From Selaginella moellendorffii (taxonomy: Eukaryota; Plantae; Lycopodiophyta): DNA of 64,000 nt. The first letter of the stretch is position 1. Each line of letters starts with the position of its first letter. The DNA is taken from NCBI RefSeq assembly GCF_000143415.4, contig NW_003314340.1, forward strand, positions 614,161 to 678,160, in the 5' to 3' direction. Both the position numbers and the translations under genes were made by a program. Below the pieces are notes generated by a model. The model worked only from the letters and a program-made list of their open reading frames with translations, was not told the DNA's origin and made no database searches. This document shows positions 1 to 12,983 of the stretch, one piece after another.

Positions 1-2545
1 TTACACTGTGTGCTATTGCGTGGTCAAGGCGCAGGAGCACTTAGATCCCACAATTTGGGCTTTGAAGAGACATTCTTCTGCAACTGCTGATGATGTAGCG
101 GTTGGAACCCCGCTAGGTGATGTGGTAACGAAGATCAAATGGGACAAGAATGTCTCCGATGTTTATTGGTTGAGGGACTCACAGTGGAAGAGTGTTACTG
201 ACAAGGATTTAGTGTTAAGTTTCCCAAAGGGAGTGATTGTTTATCTCAAGTTTGTGAAAGGTGTGGGTTCTGACCTTCCTTGTTTTGGTTGTTTTGTCTT
301 GCTTGTGTGTTTTTATGACTTTCATTGTTATCATGTGTTGTTGTTATGTATGTTCTTGCATCTTTGATTTTGTGATGTATTGTTGGCTTTTTTAACTCTC
401 AATTTACTAACGAACATGTTTGTGCTGCAGTCCCCCGTGCAACAACACATCAGGCTGCAGGTAAGCACTCTGCATGTCCGGTAGTGGGTGCAAAAATATC
501 TCGCAATGCAATGAGAAAATTTCCTGCTTGAACTTTTGCTATTATCTGGTAGCCCTTAATCAAAGCCTTTGCCCTGTTGTTGACATCCCATTTGTTCTTT
601 AACATTCTTTCACTGCATTCTGAGTGATTCGTTTCTGACATTGCTTCTTTGGTTTTTCTTTTTACACACTTCAGTCAGCGCGTTTCCAAATCTGGGTCCA
701 GTAACCGAGGGCTTAGTCGCAAGAGAGGGGCGTTACACGCCCAGGAACTCAGCAGTAAAGAAGTTGTTACAACTCGTTCAGCAGAAAGGTGCCGTCCTGA
801 TACAGGCTCCGCCTCAGAGCGGAAAGACGTCTTTCCTGCAGTTGGCATATCGGAAAGCACAATACATGCCAAACTGGGAAGCTGTTTATTTTATCAATCT
901 TGCTACTGTCAATGACATTAGCTTCAAGGAGCTTCTCAAGCTTACTTGTGGTAAGTGTAGCATCTGCACTTTGAGTTGAATTAATTCCCTGTGCTACAGA
1001 TGTTGAGGTGGCGGATCTCCTTTGCCCCGGTGGTCCGAAAAGGCTTCTTTTAGTTGATGAAGCCCAGGCTGCATTTGGCCGTGACTTGGTGTTATGGAAA
1101 ACTCTGAAGCAAGTGCAAGGGGGTTACCAGGGGCAACACTCACCCAACTTGAACATAATTCTTTCATCAGATTATGGAGCAGAAGACGTCCCTGGAGCTA
1201 TGATTCGAGTGTGGTGGGATACTTTCAACAGAGATCGAATTCTCTTGAAGTAAGCTTGATCTGCTCAAGGATTTTATGCATATAAATTGTTTTCCAGGCC
1301 TTCAGGTGATCATGGTCTTTCTTTGCAATTCAGTGACGAGGAGGCAGTAGACCTATGGCTAGCATGGATGAGGTACTACAGATTCCCAGACCTTGGTGAT
1401 GAATTACGAGATTGGATTATCCGGCTGTCCGATAAGAAGCCAGGAGTTATGACGGGAATTTTGGATTGGCTTGTGGACACTGGGATTGGGACGAAAAGGC
1501 CGAGCACACTAAGTGAGTACTTCGTCCGCAAGCTGCAGACGACCGATCTCACTTTCATTTTTGTCAATTGTCGGAGCATACAATCGTAAGCTGTGCTGTT
1601 TCTTGAAGGTTACAATAGTCTGACAGGCTATACAGGTTCTACCGCAAAATTGACAGTCCTGGTGCTTACCGTTCCTTCCTAACGTGCTTACTTGCGAATA
1701 TCGAGGTATGCATTCGCCTGGTATATCTTGATCTGTTTGATATGTCCTCTGATTTTAGATGTCGCATGATTGGCTTTCGCAAGAGATGCAAGACGCTGTC
1801 CATGAGCTACTTCTGTGTGGCCAGCTTATGAAGAATAAGCGGGGAAATTACTGCTTGCCTTCGAAAGTGCACGAACGTTTTTACTTGAGGCGCATCTACA
1901 AGGGTATACTATCGGTAGCGGAGGTAGGAGCTATGGGAATCAAGCTCTTCCTTGTCAGGGTTTTGGAGTGCTTCTCGTCGAAGGCGTTACGAAACAGCTT
2001 TTCACGGGGTCGACAAGATGAGGAAGATACCACCCCGTATGAGCGCCACTTGGAAATGGAGTTTTACAGGTATGTGACTTGGATCTGTTTCTTTTCTCAC
2101 ATTAATGTGTTGCAGATCAGTATGCTCCTTGCTTGATCCAGACATCTGCCCATGTCCCGACATGGGACCTCGTTTCGGTGTCAAAGGCTTTGCTGATTAC
2201 TATTTGGCACGGTTTGGGTGGTTTTTTGAACTGATGAGGAAGGGTACAGAGACCACAAGACATTCTCATCTTGAGAGGTAAGTAGAGTTAAAAGTGTTTT
2301 CCTTGTTGTTTTACTTGTTTACTTCTTTATGTTCCAGATTCAGGCAGAACAACCGGTACTGGCCCCTGTTTACTGGACCGCTCAAGGCTTATGTTATCAT
2401 CGGTATAGCGAATGAGGTGGAATTTGTGGATAACATGCCAGACGAGGATGGGACATACGTGTTTGCTGTTACATTTGCCTCCAACTTCAAAACAGCAACG
2501 GTTTTTCCGGATGGTCTTACTGCTCATCTTGCCAATGATCTTTAG
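1..2545 (+). CDS. Crinkler(CRN)-like protein: N-terminal header + P-loop NTPase + PD-(D/E)xK-like nuclease domain; ~9 exons, 5' end upstream of window
   Basis: GT-AG spliced ORFs: Walker A IQAPPQSGKTS (exon ~675-950), Walker B LLLVDEAQ (1000-1248), C-terminal YERHLEMEFYR...PDMGPRFGVKGFADYYLARFGWFFELMRKG...HLERF (1759-2545), a pattern typical of CR-NTPase/REase proteins; stop at 2543-2545. Confidence 0.7.
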
Positions 2546-3018
2546 TTATAGGCTAAATAATATAGTCAGCTTATCACACATGATTAAATCTCCTAAGAAT
2601 TCCATAATGTGAAATCTATCAAAAACAAAAAGGTGTGGACTGCCACAGAACACACCCTTTGCTTTGCACATAATTGAGCAATGATTGAGAGTTTTGACTG
2701 AAACAATCTTCTTCATAATCTTAAAAATTTGCAATTTGTTAATATTCAGCTTATCATAGTTAAAAGATTGACTACTCTTCTTACTCGTCAAGAGAAAACT
2801 ATCCATTATGAATTCTATCTTTCGATCTCTCTTTATCTATCCAGTCATGATTTGGCCGCCCTCTTCAAGTGAAAACCCTAGGTACATTTGTTTTTTTCTC
2901 TAATTCTGGATGTGGCTATATTTAGCATCTTTGTTTTTATATTTGTAGTTTTCCAAGTTTGTAGATATTATGCATTCCATCTATTTTCTAAGCAATATAC
3001 AATGTTTTTTATACGCTT

Positions 3019-3194
3019 TGTGAGGTCCAAGTGTACAGTTATAATGCCATATACTAATATTAGCATAGTGAGATTTTGGTATCCGTCAGATTGGTTTCAA
3101 TCCGGACCCCTTGCTTCTATATATAAACTAGGATTTTTAGGCTAATTAATATGCACATTTTCTATATTCACTTTCTATATTCTATACACTCACA
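3019..3194 (+). repeat. 5' LTR of gypsy copy 1 (~175 bp)
   Basis: TGTGAGG...CTCACA, similar to PPT-preceded LTR at 37659-37832. Confidence 0.85.
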
Positions 3195-5285
3195 TGAGAG
3201 GCATATTTAATTGTCCCTGAGAAGGGCTTGGATTTGGTTTAAATCTAGCTTTTGCATTGTTTAGATCTATGTTTTTCCATTTCCTTTCTTTTATTCTTTT
3301 CTTTCAGAATTTTGGTTTAGATTTAGTTTTTGTATCGTCTAGATCTCTCTTTTCTTCTAATTTTTTTTCCATTTCTTTTCTTTTGCTCTTTCCTTTTCGT
3401 TCATCTTCATAGCAGTTTAGTAATCTTTTCTTCCTTTGACTCTGGAGTAGTAGTTGGTGCAATTGCTTAATGCTATGTGATTGCAATTGACCAACCAAAC
3501 TCAATTGATGGCGGCATTCACAACATGTAATATAGCTCCACTCTTGGTATCAATCCTCACGTTCGGCTGAAGTCCTTTCATAGGAATCCTGTGTACTATT
3601 GGTTTAATCACTTCACGATGATTACTACATATCATTCTTGGGATGATGCTTGATGTTTGCGTGAGTTTCCCATATGTTTCCATGGGACGGTGTTGCAGTG
3701 GTACAATGGTTTGAGCACAGCCACTTGTAGGGATTGAAGTGTTCTCCCAGACGTCTTCAAATGCACATTCGAACATGCTGATGATTGTGATGATGCCTTC
3801 TAACAAATTGTCTTCATCAAGGGTCATCTAAGTCAGTGATGCAATTTAGTGTTCATTTTCAAAACCTCTTGCTTTGTTTATGGAGCCAAATATGTCAAAG
3901 CGGATCAAGCTAAGAATGTTGTGGCTAGCACTTCGTCAAGATCTTGTCAGGCTTGTGCATGCACTTGCTTCAACCACCCTTAATAATGATTTGTTTGGCA
4001 CAACATTATGAGATGTCACCTTTTCCACTTTTTGCTGCACGTTCTTCAGCTCCACTTTCTGTGGGTGATGGTCCTATTCCAATGGAGGTTGATGCTGCTA
4101 CTGCTTGAGTCTAAGGATAAGGGCGAGGATGTAGTCATGGTTATGATGTTTATTGCTGGGTATGTGATGAAATTGGTCACACTTATCGGCATTGTCGGCG
4201 TTTTCTAGATTGGCAGCCACCATTTCCTGGGTGGACACCTTGGCGTCAACAACGTTCTGTTGGTGCTATTGTAGTAAAAGGTTTGGACACCAAGATGCAT
4301 CTGAAAAACAAGGAGTCGCGCAAGTAGCGGAGGGATTTTGCATAAATAAATCAGTGACCCCTTCATCTTTCTTTTGAGAGAATCATCAAGGGGTTCACTC
4401 GACACCAATTCATCTAGTGTTTACTTTCCAAACTCGTTTTTATAACAAATGATTTCCTATTATTCTCTCCGTGTTAGTTGATACAGGTTTGAGTTTATCT
4501 TTTATTGCTCAATTTGTTACCACACGTTGCCATCTACACTTGCGTCATGTGGTGAAACTAGTTTTCATTCTTTATGGCAACAACCATATATATGCATGTG
4601 CACGGGATGAAGTGGACCTAGTTGTGCGTGTCAAGCTTGGGTTGCAATTTTTGCCAAGTTAAGCTTTTGACCTTATCTTTAGTATGGATTGGTTGTAGCG
4701 CAATCATACCAAATGTGATTTTGGGGCTTCTCCCACTTGTCTCATACTTCCTTATATTTCATCCATTCTTCTCACTTTCGTACCTCTTTGTCCCTTTGCT
4801 TCTACCTTTGTTTCCATTACTTATGTCCCCCCACTACTTCCTCCTATATTTCTGTCTTGTTCCACTCTTCCCTTTTCTGATCCCACCGACAATCTTTGTG
4901 TTGCAGTGGTTGACCGGCTCATGAAGGAGTATTCTAATCCCTTTGAATTTGACCTATCATCTAGGGCCAAGATTGCCACACATTATCCAATTCCAACTGA
5001 GGATGCTCATCCAATCAAGGTTCTTGTTTGTCATTAGTCACAAAGAAATCAAAATTTTATGTGCAAACATCAAGGAGATGTTAGAGAAAGATGTTATTTG
5101 GAAGTCACAGAGTCCTTGGGTATATGAACTTTATCTTATGCCAAAGCTTAATGGGAGTATTTATTTCTATATTGACTATCGTTTGTTAAATGAAGTGACG
5201 ATTCTAAATATGTACACTCTTCCTCAGATTGCTGATATCTTGGATCGTTTGGGGAGAAGTTGTTGGTTCACCAAGCTAGATCTTG

Positions 5286-5781
5286 TGTAAATAACCAAAG
5301 AGAACGACTCGAGAGACAATCTATAAAGGTTCAAATATAGAAGGAAAGGGCCCATGAACAAGAGTGCACCCCTTTTCCAATTGGTTAAGGGTTTTGGTAT
5401 AGTTGGGGTTAAGCGTCTTTGGGTTTAAATAATATTAGGTGACCTTCTGGGAAGTCTAAATTTAGGAGTTCACATTTGGTATCAAAGAGGTCTCAGGTAG
5501 GAGTTTACATTTGGTATCAAAAAGGTCTTAAGTTTGACTTTGTTGGTTAGCTAGGGGAATTGCACCACATGTTGATTGACATTTGGTAGGTCCAATTTAC
5601 TCCTATTTGGCTCGACCCGAGGGGTAAGGGTTCAAATATAAAAGGAAAAGGCCCATGAACAAGAGTGCACCCCCTTTTTCAATCGATTAAGGGTCTTGGG
5701 ATAATTGGGGTTAAACATCCTTGGGTTTGAATAGTACTGGGATGGATGACCTTCTGAGATGTCTAAATTTAGGAGCTTACA
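5286..5781 (+). mobile_element. Cassandra-type TRIM with 5S rRNA-derived LTR segment, internally rearranged
   Basis: TG..CA ends; 5-bp TSD TCTTG (5281-5285, 5782-5786); LTR1 5286-5474; PBS TGGTATCA (duplicated); 5S-like GTTAARC..TTGGG..TAGTACTGGGATGG.TGACCTTCTG. Confidence 0.85.
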
Positions 5782-8700
5782 TCTTGCTTCTGGGTACTAG
5801 CAAGTATCGATGGCTGAAGAAGATATTTCTAAAATTGTTTTTCCTACATTATTTGGTTTGTACGAGTTCTTGGTGATGCCATTTGGTTTGAACAATGCTT
5901 TAGCAACTTTCTGTTGGTTTAAAGTTAAAATAGTCCATGTGTGTATTTGGGTCCAAATACATGACTTATCTTGAGTATTGTATTTCTTGTGAGGGTTTGC
6001 AAGTTGATCTTGACAAACTTGTGGCTGTTCTAAAGTTCCTTACTTCGAAATGTATGAATGATGTGTAGTGCTTCTTAGGCAAGATGTAGTATCTCAGTCG
6101 TTTTGTGGATCATCTTTCTGATCGCACTACATCATTGCAAGTGTTGCTGAAGTCATCATCAGATTGTGAGTGGGCGTTCATTGATCTCAAAGAAATATTG
6201 ACGACTCCTCCGGTTTTGACATATCCTGACTACACTTGACCTTTCATTTTATGTGTGGATGCTTGTGATATTAGTCTTGGAAGTGTGCTGATGCAAGAGA
6301 GCCCAAGTGTGCTTTGTCAGCACTATCCCATTGCATATATAAGCCGTACATTACAACCAGTGGAGGTGAACTAATCCACAACTGAGAAGGAGTCAGTAAC
6401 ATCCTACCGATATCGTAAACCCAAGAGACCAATCCAAAGCAAATCACAAAGAATATGTGGTATTGCAAAAAGCCATAAGCCATCAAAAAGAATAATTAAC
6501 CATCATGAAAGATCATTAATCATCCCATCAAAAAGAGATATGTATAATCATCGTCAAAAAAGGAATCCACCATCCCGAAGAATAGCGAATCATTTTATAT
6601 CAACAACAATCAAGCAAAACCTTTTAACAAGGATAATCAACTATCCGAAATGATAGTCAATCATCATCAATGATTGTTAGATGCAAAAAGCTAACTTCAA
6701 CATCGAAGCTAATGAGCCAAAATGCCTTCCTTAACAATTTCTAACAAATGAACTATAAGCATGAAAACTTAAGAAACCAAAAGCTCAAAGAAGTCTATAG
6801 CCAAGTCTTGTTTAATAATGATCATGAGTCTTGTATGAACTAATTTCAATGCTAAAAAGACAATATGGTACAACCCACAATATCCTCTTCAACACATTCA
6901 TAAACTAAACTTCATAATGCAAAAACTAATGAAGAGCATGTCTACATCAATCCAAAAGCCATACTCCACAAATGATCACTAAACAATCCTCCATGAATCC
7001 ATCTATAGCAAGACATATCTCACTTTATAACAAGTACAAGAAAAATCATCAATGATCAATATATTCCAACTCAAATCCAACAAGGATTCAAACATTTCAA
7101 TATCGATCACTAACTTTTCGTTTCGTAAGGCTAATATAGTCCATGACTGAATCACTTTTCAAGAAAATACCAAAGCTCAACCTCTACTAAATAATTTCGT
7201 CTAGAACACAACTAACTCAACTTGCCACTCAGTTTATTTGAATGTCAATACAATTGCTAACTAGCAATTGTACAAATGCCAATAACATAAAGTTATAGCC
7301 AAATCATCAACACTATCTTCATCAAAACTAATGAAATTTAATATCAATGCTATAGAAAGACATCTCGTTTCACTCGAGTCTCAATATCAACAATGTCAAC
7401 AACAGAACATCACTTCAATGCCATCAACACCATAACAAAGCTAAAAGAAAGCAAGAGTGAATCACCACCCAAAACTTTCTAGCAACTAAGTTAACCAAAG
7501 TCGAAGATACTTTAGTCAGTATTTGACACCAATTCTTCAACAATATTTAGTTATAGATAACACATCATCAAGGAGTGATTCACCACGTCCAAGACTCAAT
7601 GTAATCTAACATTACGGACTAAACGTAACCAAATGACATTGTTAAAGGTAGAATCGACATGCCAATATGGAAAAACCATGTAAGTCTAATGACATGATCC
7701 TCCGTAACACCATTTGGTAGAGTAAGCCTATCATTACTAAATCATCATCGAGCAAAGCAAGTGTTAACAATCCTTGACGAAGTTTACAAGCAATCACTAG
7801 TCACAAAGCAACTAACAATCACTTTTCAACTTGCCTTTACAAAATCCAGACACTAAACTCATATCATTGAGTCATATACTCATCCAATATGAATGTAATA
7901 CCTCAAGTATGAGATAAAGGGTCATGAACAAGCATAATTAAATGACCACTTGAATCCAGCTTAACTGAAATAAGCTCACTAACACGTTTAGCCAATATCT
8001 CTGAGCATGCCTTGAAAAGGCTAGCTATGCATAATCAACACTTAGTCGAAACTAAAGTGATGACCATGAGATGGACTCATATCAGTACACAACCTTCTCA
8101 TAGACAAAGTTATAATACAGGTATTAACATCTCAATCTCAAACAACTAAGTTGGACATTACTATCCTCAGCCAAGGTGCAGGGCCACCAAGACCAAATCA
8201 AGATTAGTATGAGCTCACTACTCTCATAAAATCTAACGAGATACAAGGTGCAACCTGCCACCAAGCACAATGCTATAGAAGAAAGGCACAAGGGTCACCT
8301 TTCTTAGAAAAGTGCAACGGCCACTTTTTTACACCAACTCTAGACTCTATGCAACTCAATTGCCTTAGCCCCAAAAGTTAGTATCCCTTTTGGGTTACAT
8401 CATACAAACTACTTATTAAGATTTAAGCCAACCGAAGTTAACTTCGACCCTTTCACTAGTTTGTATTGGCTTACGAAAAATGGAAAGGTTTTTGAACAAA
8501 GTGATCAATAGATTAGCCATTGGAAAAGCCTAAGAAAATTTGTGGAAAATTTTCCATCCTAGAAAAAGAATGACTCTCAATCCAGGAATGCAAACTTTCA
8601 AGACTCAACCAACTTCCTTTTATTAACAACTTCACATAGGTTCATCTCAACACAAATTCTTATGACCCACAGTATGTCTAAGCATCGAACATCTTTGCCC

Positions 8701-10416
8701 ATTTTTCCGACATCTAACACTAACATTCGCAAAGTGCAAAATGAACATCCAAGGCTTGATTGCAAAGACCTTATCTTCGGACATTCATATTGCACTAACA
8801 CTCTTTTTCAACCACTTTCAAGATCCAATGTGAAACCAAAACACTAATATGAAAAACGATATGGAAAATTAAACTTTAAGGAAAATTCCTCATCACTCGA
8901 ACAACAATACCATTTCCACTAACACAAATGCTAGCAATGTCAATGCCTCAACTATACACCTTTTCCATCTAACAATTTACTCCAAGTGTTAATAGATCAA
9001 TTGATGAATTATAGCAAATGAATGCTACAACCCTTTTCCAACACTTCAATGGGCAAACTTAAGGAAACAAGGTACCAACATAAACTTAGCATAATTGGAC
9101 CATCATTGAGAACCCAGTTAAGGCTACTTCAATGTTACTACTTGCAAGTAGACTAGCTTCACCATCAACCATCTTGGGATTGATTATCATTTAACCAAAC
9201 AACTTCATAAACACATTACTCTTTATCACATTGATATGATATAAGCATCACAATGATTTGATCATCAATTGAGCAACATCATGAGCAATACCTATGTTAT
9301 TACTTCAAAGGTTTATGTGAATATCATGTATTAACTTAATTCGATAAAATGCAACATAAATGCCACACCTCATCGATAGAGATTTACAACACCCAACACC
9401 ACTAACTTTTGTTCACAACACAGACAAGCTCATGCCACTCTTTTTTTGACCAAACTCAAAACTAATCCAATACCAAGCTACTCAAGGAGCAATAGCAAGG
9501 TTCTCCAAAAAAGAATTGAGCATTGTAACCCAAGTTTTCTAATAGCAAGCCTAGACAAAATAGTTTAGCATTTCACTGTTACCCGTCCTATGACTCACCA
9601 TTTACAAGACCATAATTTCCAACATGCACAAGGTAGGGTCTCCCGATTGCATAATATAAACATAAGCAATGAGTCACATTTCATTGTGAATCATTTCTCC
9701 AAGAAAAGAAATGATTTATGTGTTTGATCTTTTGTCCCTAATGACTCTCTTTTCGGTCTCATCTTTGACTAAATCTTAAGCTTGTTTTCGCACTGCCTTT
9801 AGTCCAATCCAAGAAAAGTTTATGAGAGAGCATAGCAATGATTACTTGAATCAATAGACTCATCCCTACAATCTTTAATTGATCCACTTTTAATCATGCT
9901 TAGGAAGGATCCACTAGTGCAACTATGGACTAACCTATTTGCCACTCATAGCAAACCCAAAGAAGGTTTACTTTCACTCATGGTACATGGAACAACTCAT
10001 AGAACCACTGGTAAGCTAACATTAATCCTACCAACTCAAAATGTAATCCCGAGTTACTAATGTGCCTCACTCACAAGCCCAAGCGTAAACTCGTGTAAAA
10101 CAAACAACACAATCCATCCAACTTATGAGCCCAAGCGAAAGCTCATATATTCCAGTCCGAAAGGTAACCAAAGTTTATACCCAAGGAACAATTGCGAAGC
10201 CTTTGCACCCAAACATATACCCACTCGGATCATTGTTTTCATCTCTGCATATGCAATGAGACTAGTTGCCCAATCTCATTAGATAGTAGTTGCCAAGACT
10301 CATTCTCTGATACTAAATGTAGTGCACATGGTTTTGGCCCTTTATCCTATAGTGATTTACCATAGAATAATACTACGAAATGGAACCTAAACCCTCCATA
10401 TGCCACGTGTTATATG

Positions 10417-12160
10417 TGTGAGACACAAAATCCCTAGGCCCCAAAGTGGAGCCGGAAGGGCGCCACATGGTAGTGGCCGAAGCGAGAGCCAAACGAGCGT
10501 AACACGTTTGGACCAAAAGCTCCGACTTGAAAAGTCAAGAGCGGGAGTGGAACTCCCAACGAAGTGCTCGAGGAACGAGCACGAAGCGAGCAAAAGGCGA
10601 GGCTCCAAAAAGGGACCCAAAAGGACCAACACATGACACGTGGGAGTGTCCGAGATGGACTCGAGTTGGAGTCCGAAGTGGAGTCCGAGATGGACCCGAG
10701 TTGGAGTCCAAAGTGGAGTCCGAGATGGAGTCCGAAGTGGAGTCCGAGGTGGACCCGAGATGGACCCGAGTTGGAGTCCGAGGTGGACCCGAGATGGACC
10801 CGAGTTGGAGTCCGAAGTGGAGTCCGAGATGGACCCGAGATGGAGTCCGAGATGGAGTCCGAGGTGGACCTGAGATGGACCTGAAATGGAGTCCGAGATG
10901 GAGTCCGAGATGGACCCGAGATGGAGACCGAGATGGAGTCCGAGATGGACCCGAGATGGACCCGAGATGGAGTCCGAGATGGAGTCCGAGATGGAGTCTG
11001 AGATGGAGTCCAAGATGGAGTCCGAGATGGAGTCCGAGATGGAGTCCGAAGTCGAGACCGAGACCGGGACCGAGACCGGGACCGAGACCGAGACCGAGAC
11101 CGAGATCGGGACCGAGACCGAGACTGAGGCCGAGGCCGAGACCGAGCCCGAGTCCGGAGCCTGAGAGGGTGAAAGCCCAAAGCGTTCGTCTCCCAGACCC
11201 TAGGGGGTTTGGTGAGCTCCAAAAGTATAGTAGGGGGGAGGACTGCAGTGGAGCCAGTTTGGCCAGGAAAGGCCAGTTTGGCCCAGGAAGGCCGAACCTA
11301 GTGTTGGGTGATGAGCTGCCCACTGGGAAGTCCAAGACTAGAGTAAACACGGACCGACAAGCGGGGTAGCTTGGTGAAGTGTTCAAGAGCCGGCTCTAGT
11401 TCCCCCGGGAGATCGACTGGCCGATGCTCCCAGTCCAAGTGTGGGTGGCACTACCTACTTGGATACCTGGTGTGGCTCAACGGAACCCGCTCTAAGCCCA
11501 TGGCTAGAGCACCCAAGGGCAGAAGGTGAGGAGAGTACCCAGGTGGCTCGTGTAAGGCCACGGTGTTCCGAAATGTTGTCCCAAAGGCCCAGACTGTGGA
11601 AAGGAAGAGGAGCAGTCCTCTGGGGTAGTGACCAAGGACACAGTCACACAGTGAGGAAGTCCTAGAGGATAGTGGGACTTAGTGGTCGGGCCGGTGGGCC
11701 TCGATCCAGTGGCAATGTTGGCGAACACAGCCAAGGACAGAAAGGGACTTGGTGGGGACCGAAACAGAGATATTGGGGAAGGCTATTCCCCATGTCTGTA
11801 GGCATCCTAAGGATATTAAGGAGTGGATCTGGGATGATCACTCATGGATGGATGACCCAGTCTTTGAGGGACGGGATTGGAATGTAGGTGGTGTTGGACC
11901 ACCAGTATGACCGAGGTAAATGGGCATGGCCTTAGCGTAACGGGCCGATATGTCGGTGGTACCTTGGGGTGTCGATCATGGGATTGGACACGTGGAGCAC
12001 TTGGACCAAGTGCTAAGGTTGAGTGGCATGGATGCCATTCTCGGGGCTAGCAAGCCCCAAGTCCTGAGTTGGGCTTATGGAGGTTGTGAATGAGACTCCT
12101 CCAAGTGGTCGGAGGTGTGGTTAAGTGACTGAAGTAGAATGGAAAAATTAGTCGCTTACA
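10417..12160 (+). mobile_element. Solo LTR (1744 bp) with internal tandem array, inserted in the LTR of the previous element
   Basis: TGTGAGAC...GCTTACA; TSD ATATG (10412-10416, 12161-12165); same family as LTRs 53995-55671 and 59729-61320, opposite orientation. Confidence 0.92.
10645..11160. repeat. Tandem array of GGAGTCCGAGAT-like 12-mers followed by GAGACC-like hexamers inside LTR
   Basis: Direct reading; gives WSPR/MESE/ETET low-complexity ORFs in several frames. Confidence 0.95.
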
Positions 12161-12983
12161 ATATGCCACATGACACATGCCATGTGTCCAAAGGACAGTG
12201 GTGTGGAACCTGAGTTTTAGGGCCTTAGGCCACTGAACTAAGGAACAGTGCCAAACTCCCAAGTATGAAGCTAAGGAGTAAAAGAATTAGATCATAGAGC
12301 AACTCCCGAGCATATAGCCCAAAGAGCGAAAGGACAGAAGCCCGGAGCTACTTGGAATAGTCCTAGAGCAACCAGCATCCTAATGCTAGGACCAGCACGC
12401 AAAACGGAGCCAGACAAAGTTTGGCACTATTTCAGCATACCATCTTGCCATCGTGGCAATAAAGAAAGAATATCCGAAAAGATAGCTGATAGGTAACTTT
12501 TGATACCCAAACTTATATTCGCAACAGTTTGGCAACAATTTGGGGTTTCAAGAAACTTCATGCATATCTACATAGTTCTTGAATGTTGCTAAAAGGTGAT
12601 CATGTTGCTGTTACTTCATTATTGAAGTGAAAGAACCTAATTGGTTATACTGCTCGGTGGGCTTTGAAGCTTTAGATATGATTTTGATTTTGATGTTGTT
12701 CATCACCTAGGGAGTTTTATGGCTTTGCTCGTTCTCGTCCAAGTGAACAGCAATCAACACACTCACGTTGTGACAATTGTAAATGTTTGATTGCAGATAC
12801 AATCGAAAGTTGTGGAAGATTTGTGAGTGGTCTTCAATGAAATGCTTGAGGCATTCATGGTCACCATATGATAAACATAAAACTTGCACACCTATGAAAT
12901 GCTGAAAAGATGAGAAAGACGTGGAGCCAAACATCTGGAAGTAGAAAACCGATAACATACCACAAGTATCTGGTGGACAGCAC

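Larger units (their letters stand above)
6393..12526 (-). mobile_element. Degenerate non-autonomous LTR retroelement (A-rich on + strand), copy 1, with one LTR at the right
   Basis: Reverse-complement PBS (TCTGATAC) just before LTR starting TGTAGTGCAC at 10318; decayed zinc-knuckle-like trace ~9625-9670; near-collinear second copy at ~53206-63390. Confidence 0.65.
3019..12725 (+). mobile_element. Degenerate Ty3/gypsy retrotransposon copy 1 (5' LTR, gag, PR, RT, RNase H), interrupted by nested insertions and 3'-truncated
   Basis: LTR 3019-3194 (TG..CA) matches 37659-37832; CWVCDEIGHTYRHC zinc knuckle ~4156-4195; protease LVDTG at 4474; RT fragments 4943-6000; RNase H breaks at ~6393 and resumes at ~12527-12725, collinear with 35930-36125. 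Confidence 0.85.

Noticed and set aside
5400-5765. 5S rRNA genes
   Set aside because: Only ~55 nt of diverged internal-promoter sequence within TRIM LTRs
10645-11160. CRISPR-like appearance of the repeat array
   Set aside because: No unique spacers, no cas genes, eukaryotic LTR context
10387-11386. Long overlapping ORFs (208-283 aa), also at 54879-55654 and 60503-61303
   Set aside because: Products of stop-free tandem repeats inside LTRs; open in many frames, no domain
12161-12190. CATGCCAT half-sites in a retroelement LTR (also ~63100)
   Set aside because: No matching opposite arm at 6-bp spacing, so not counted as the transposon palindrome
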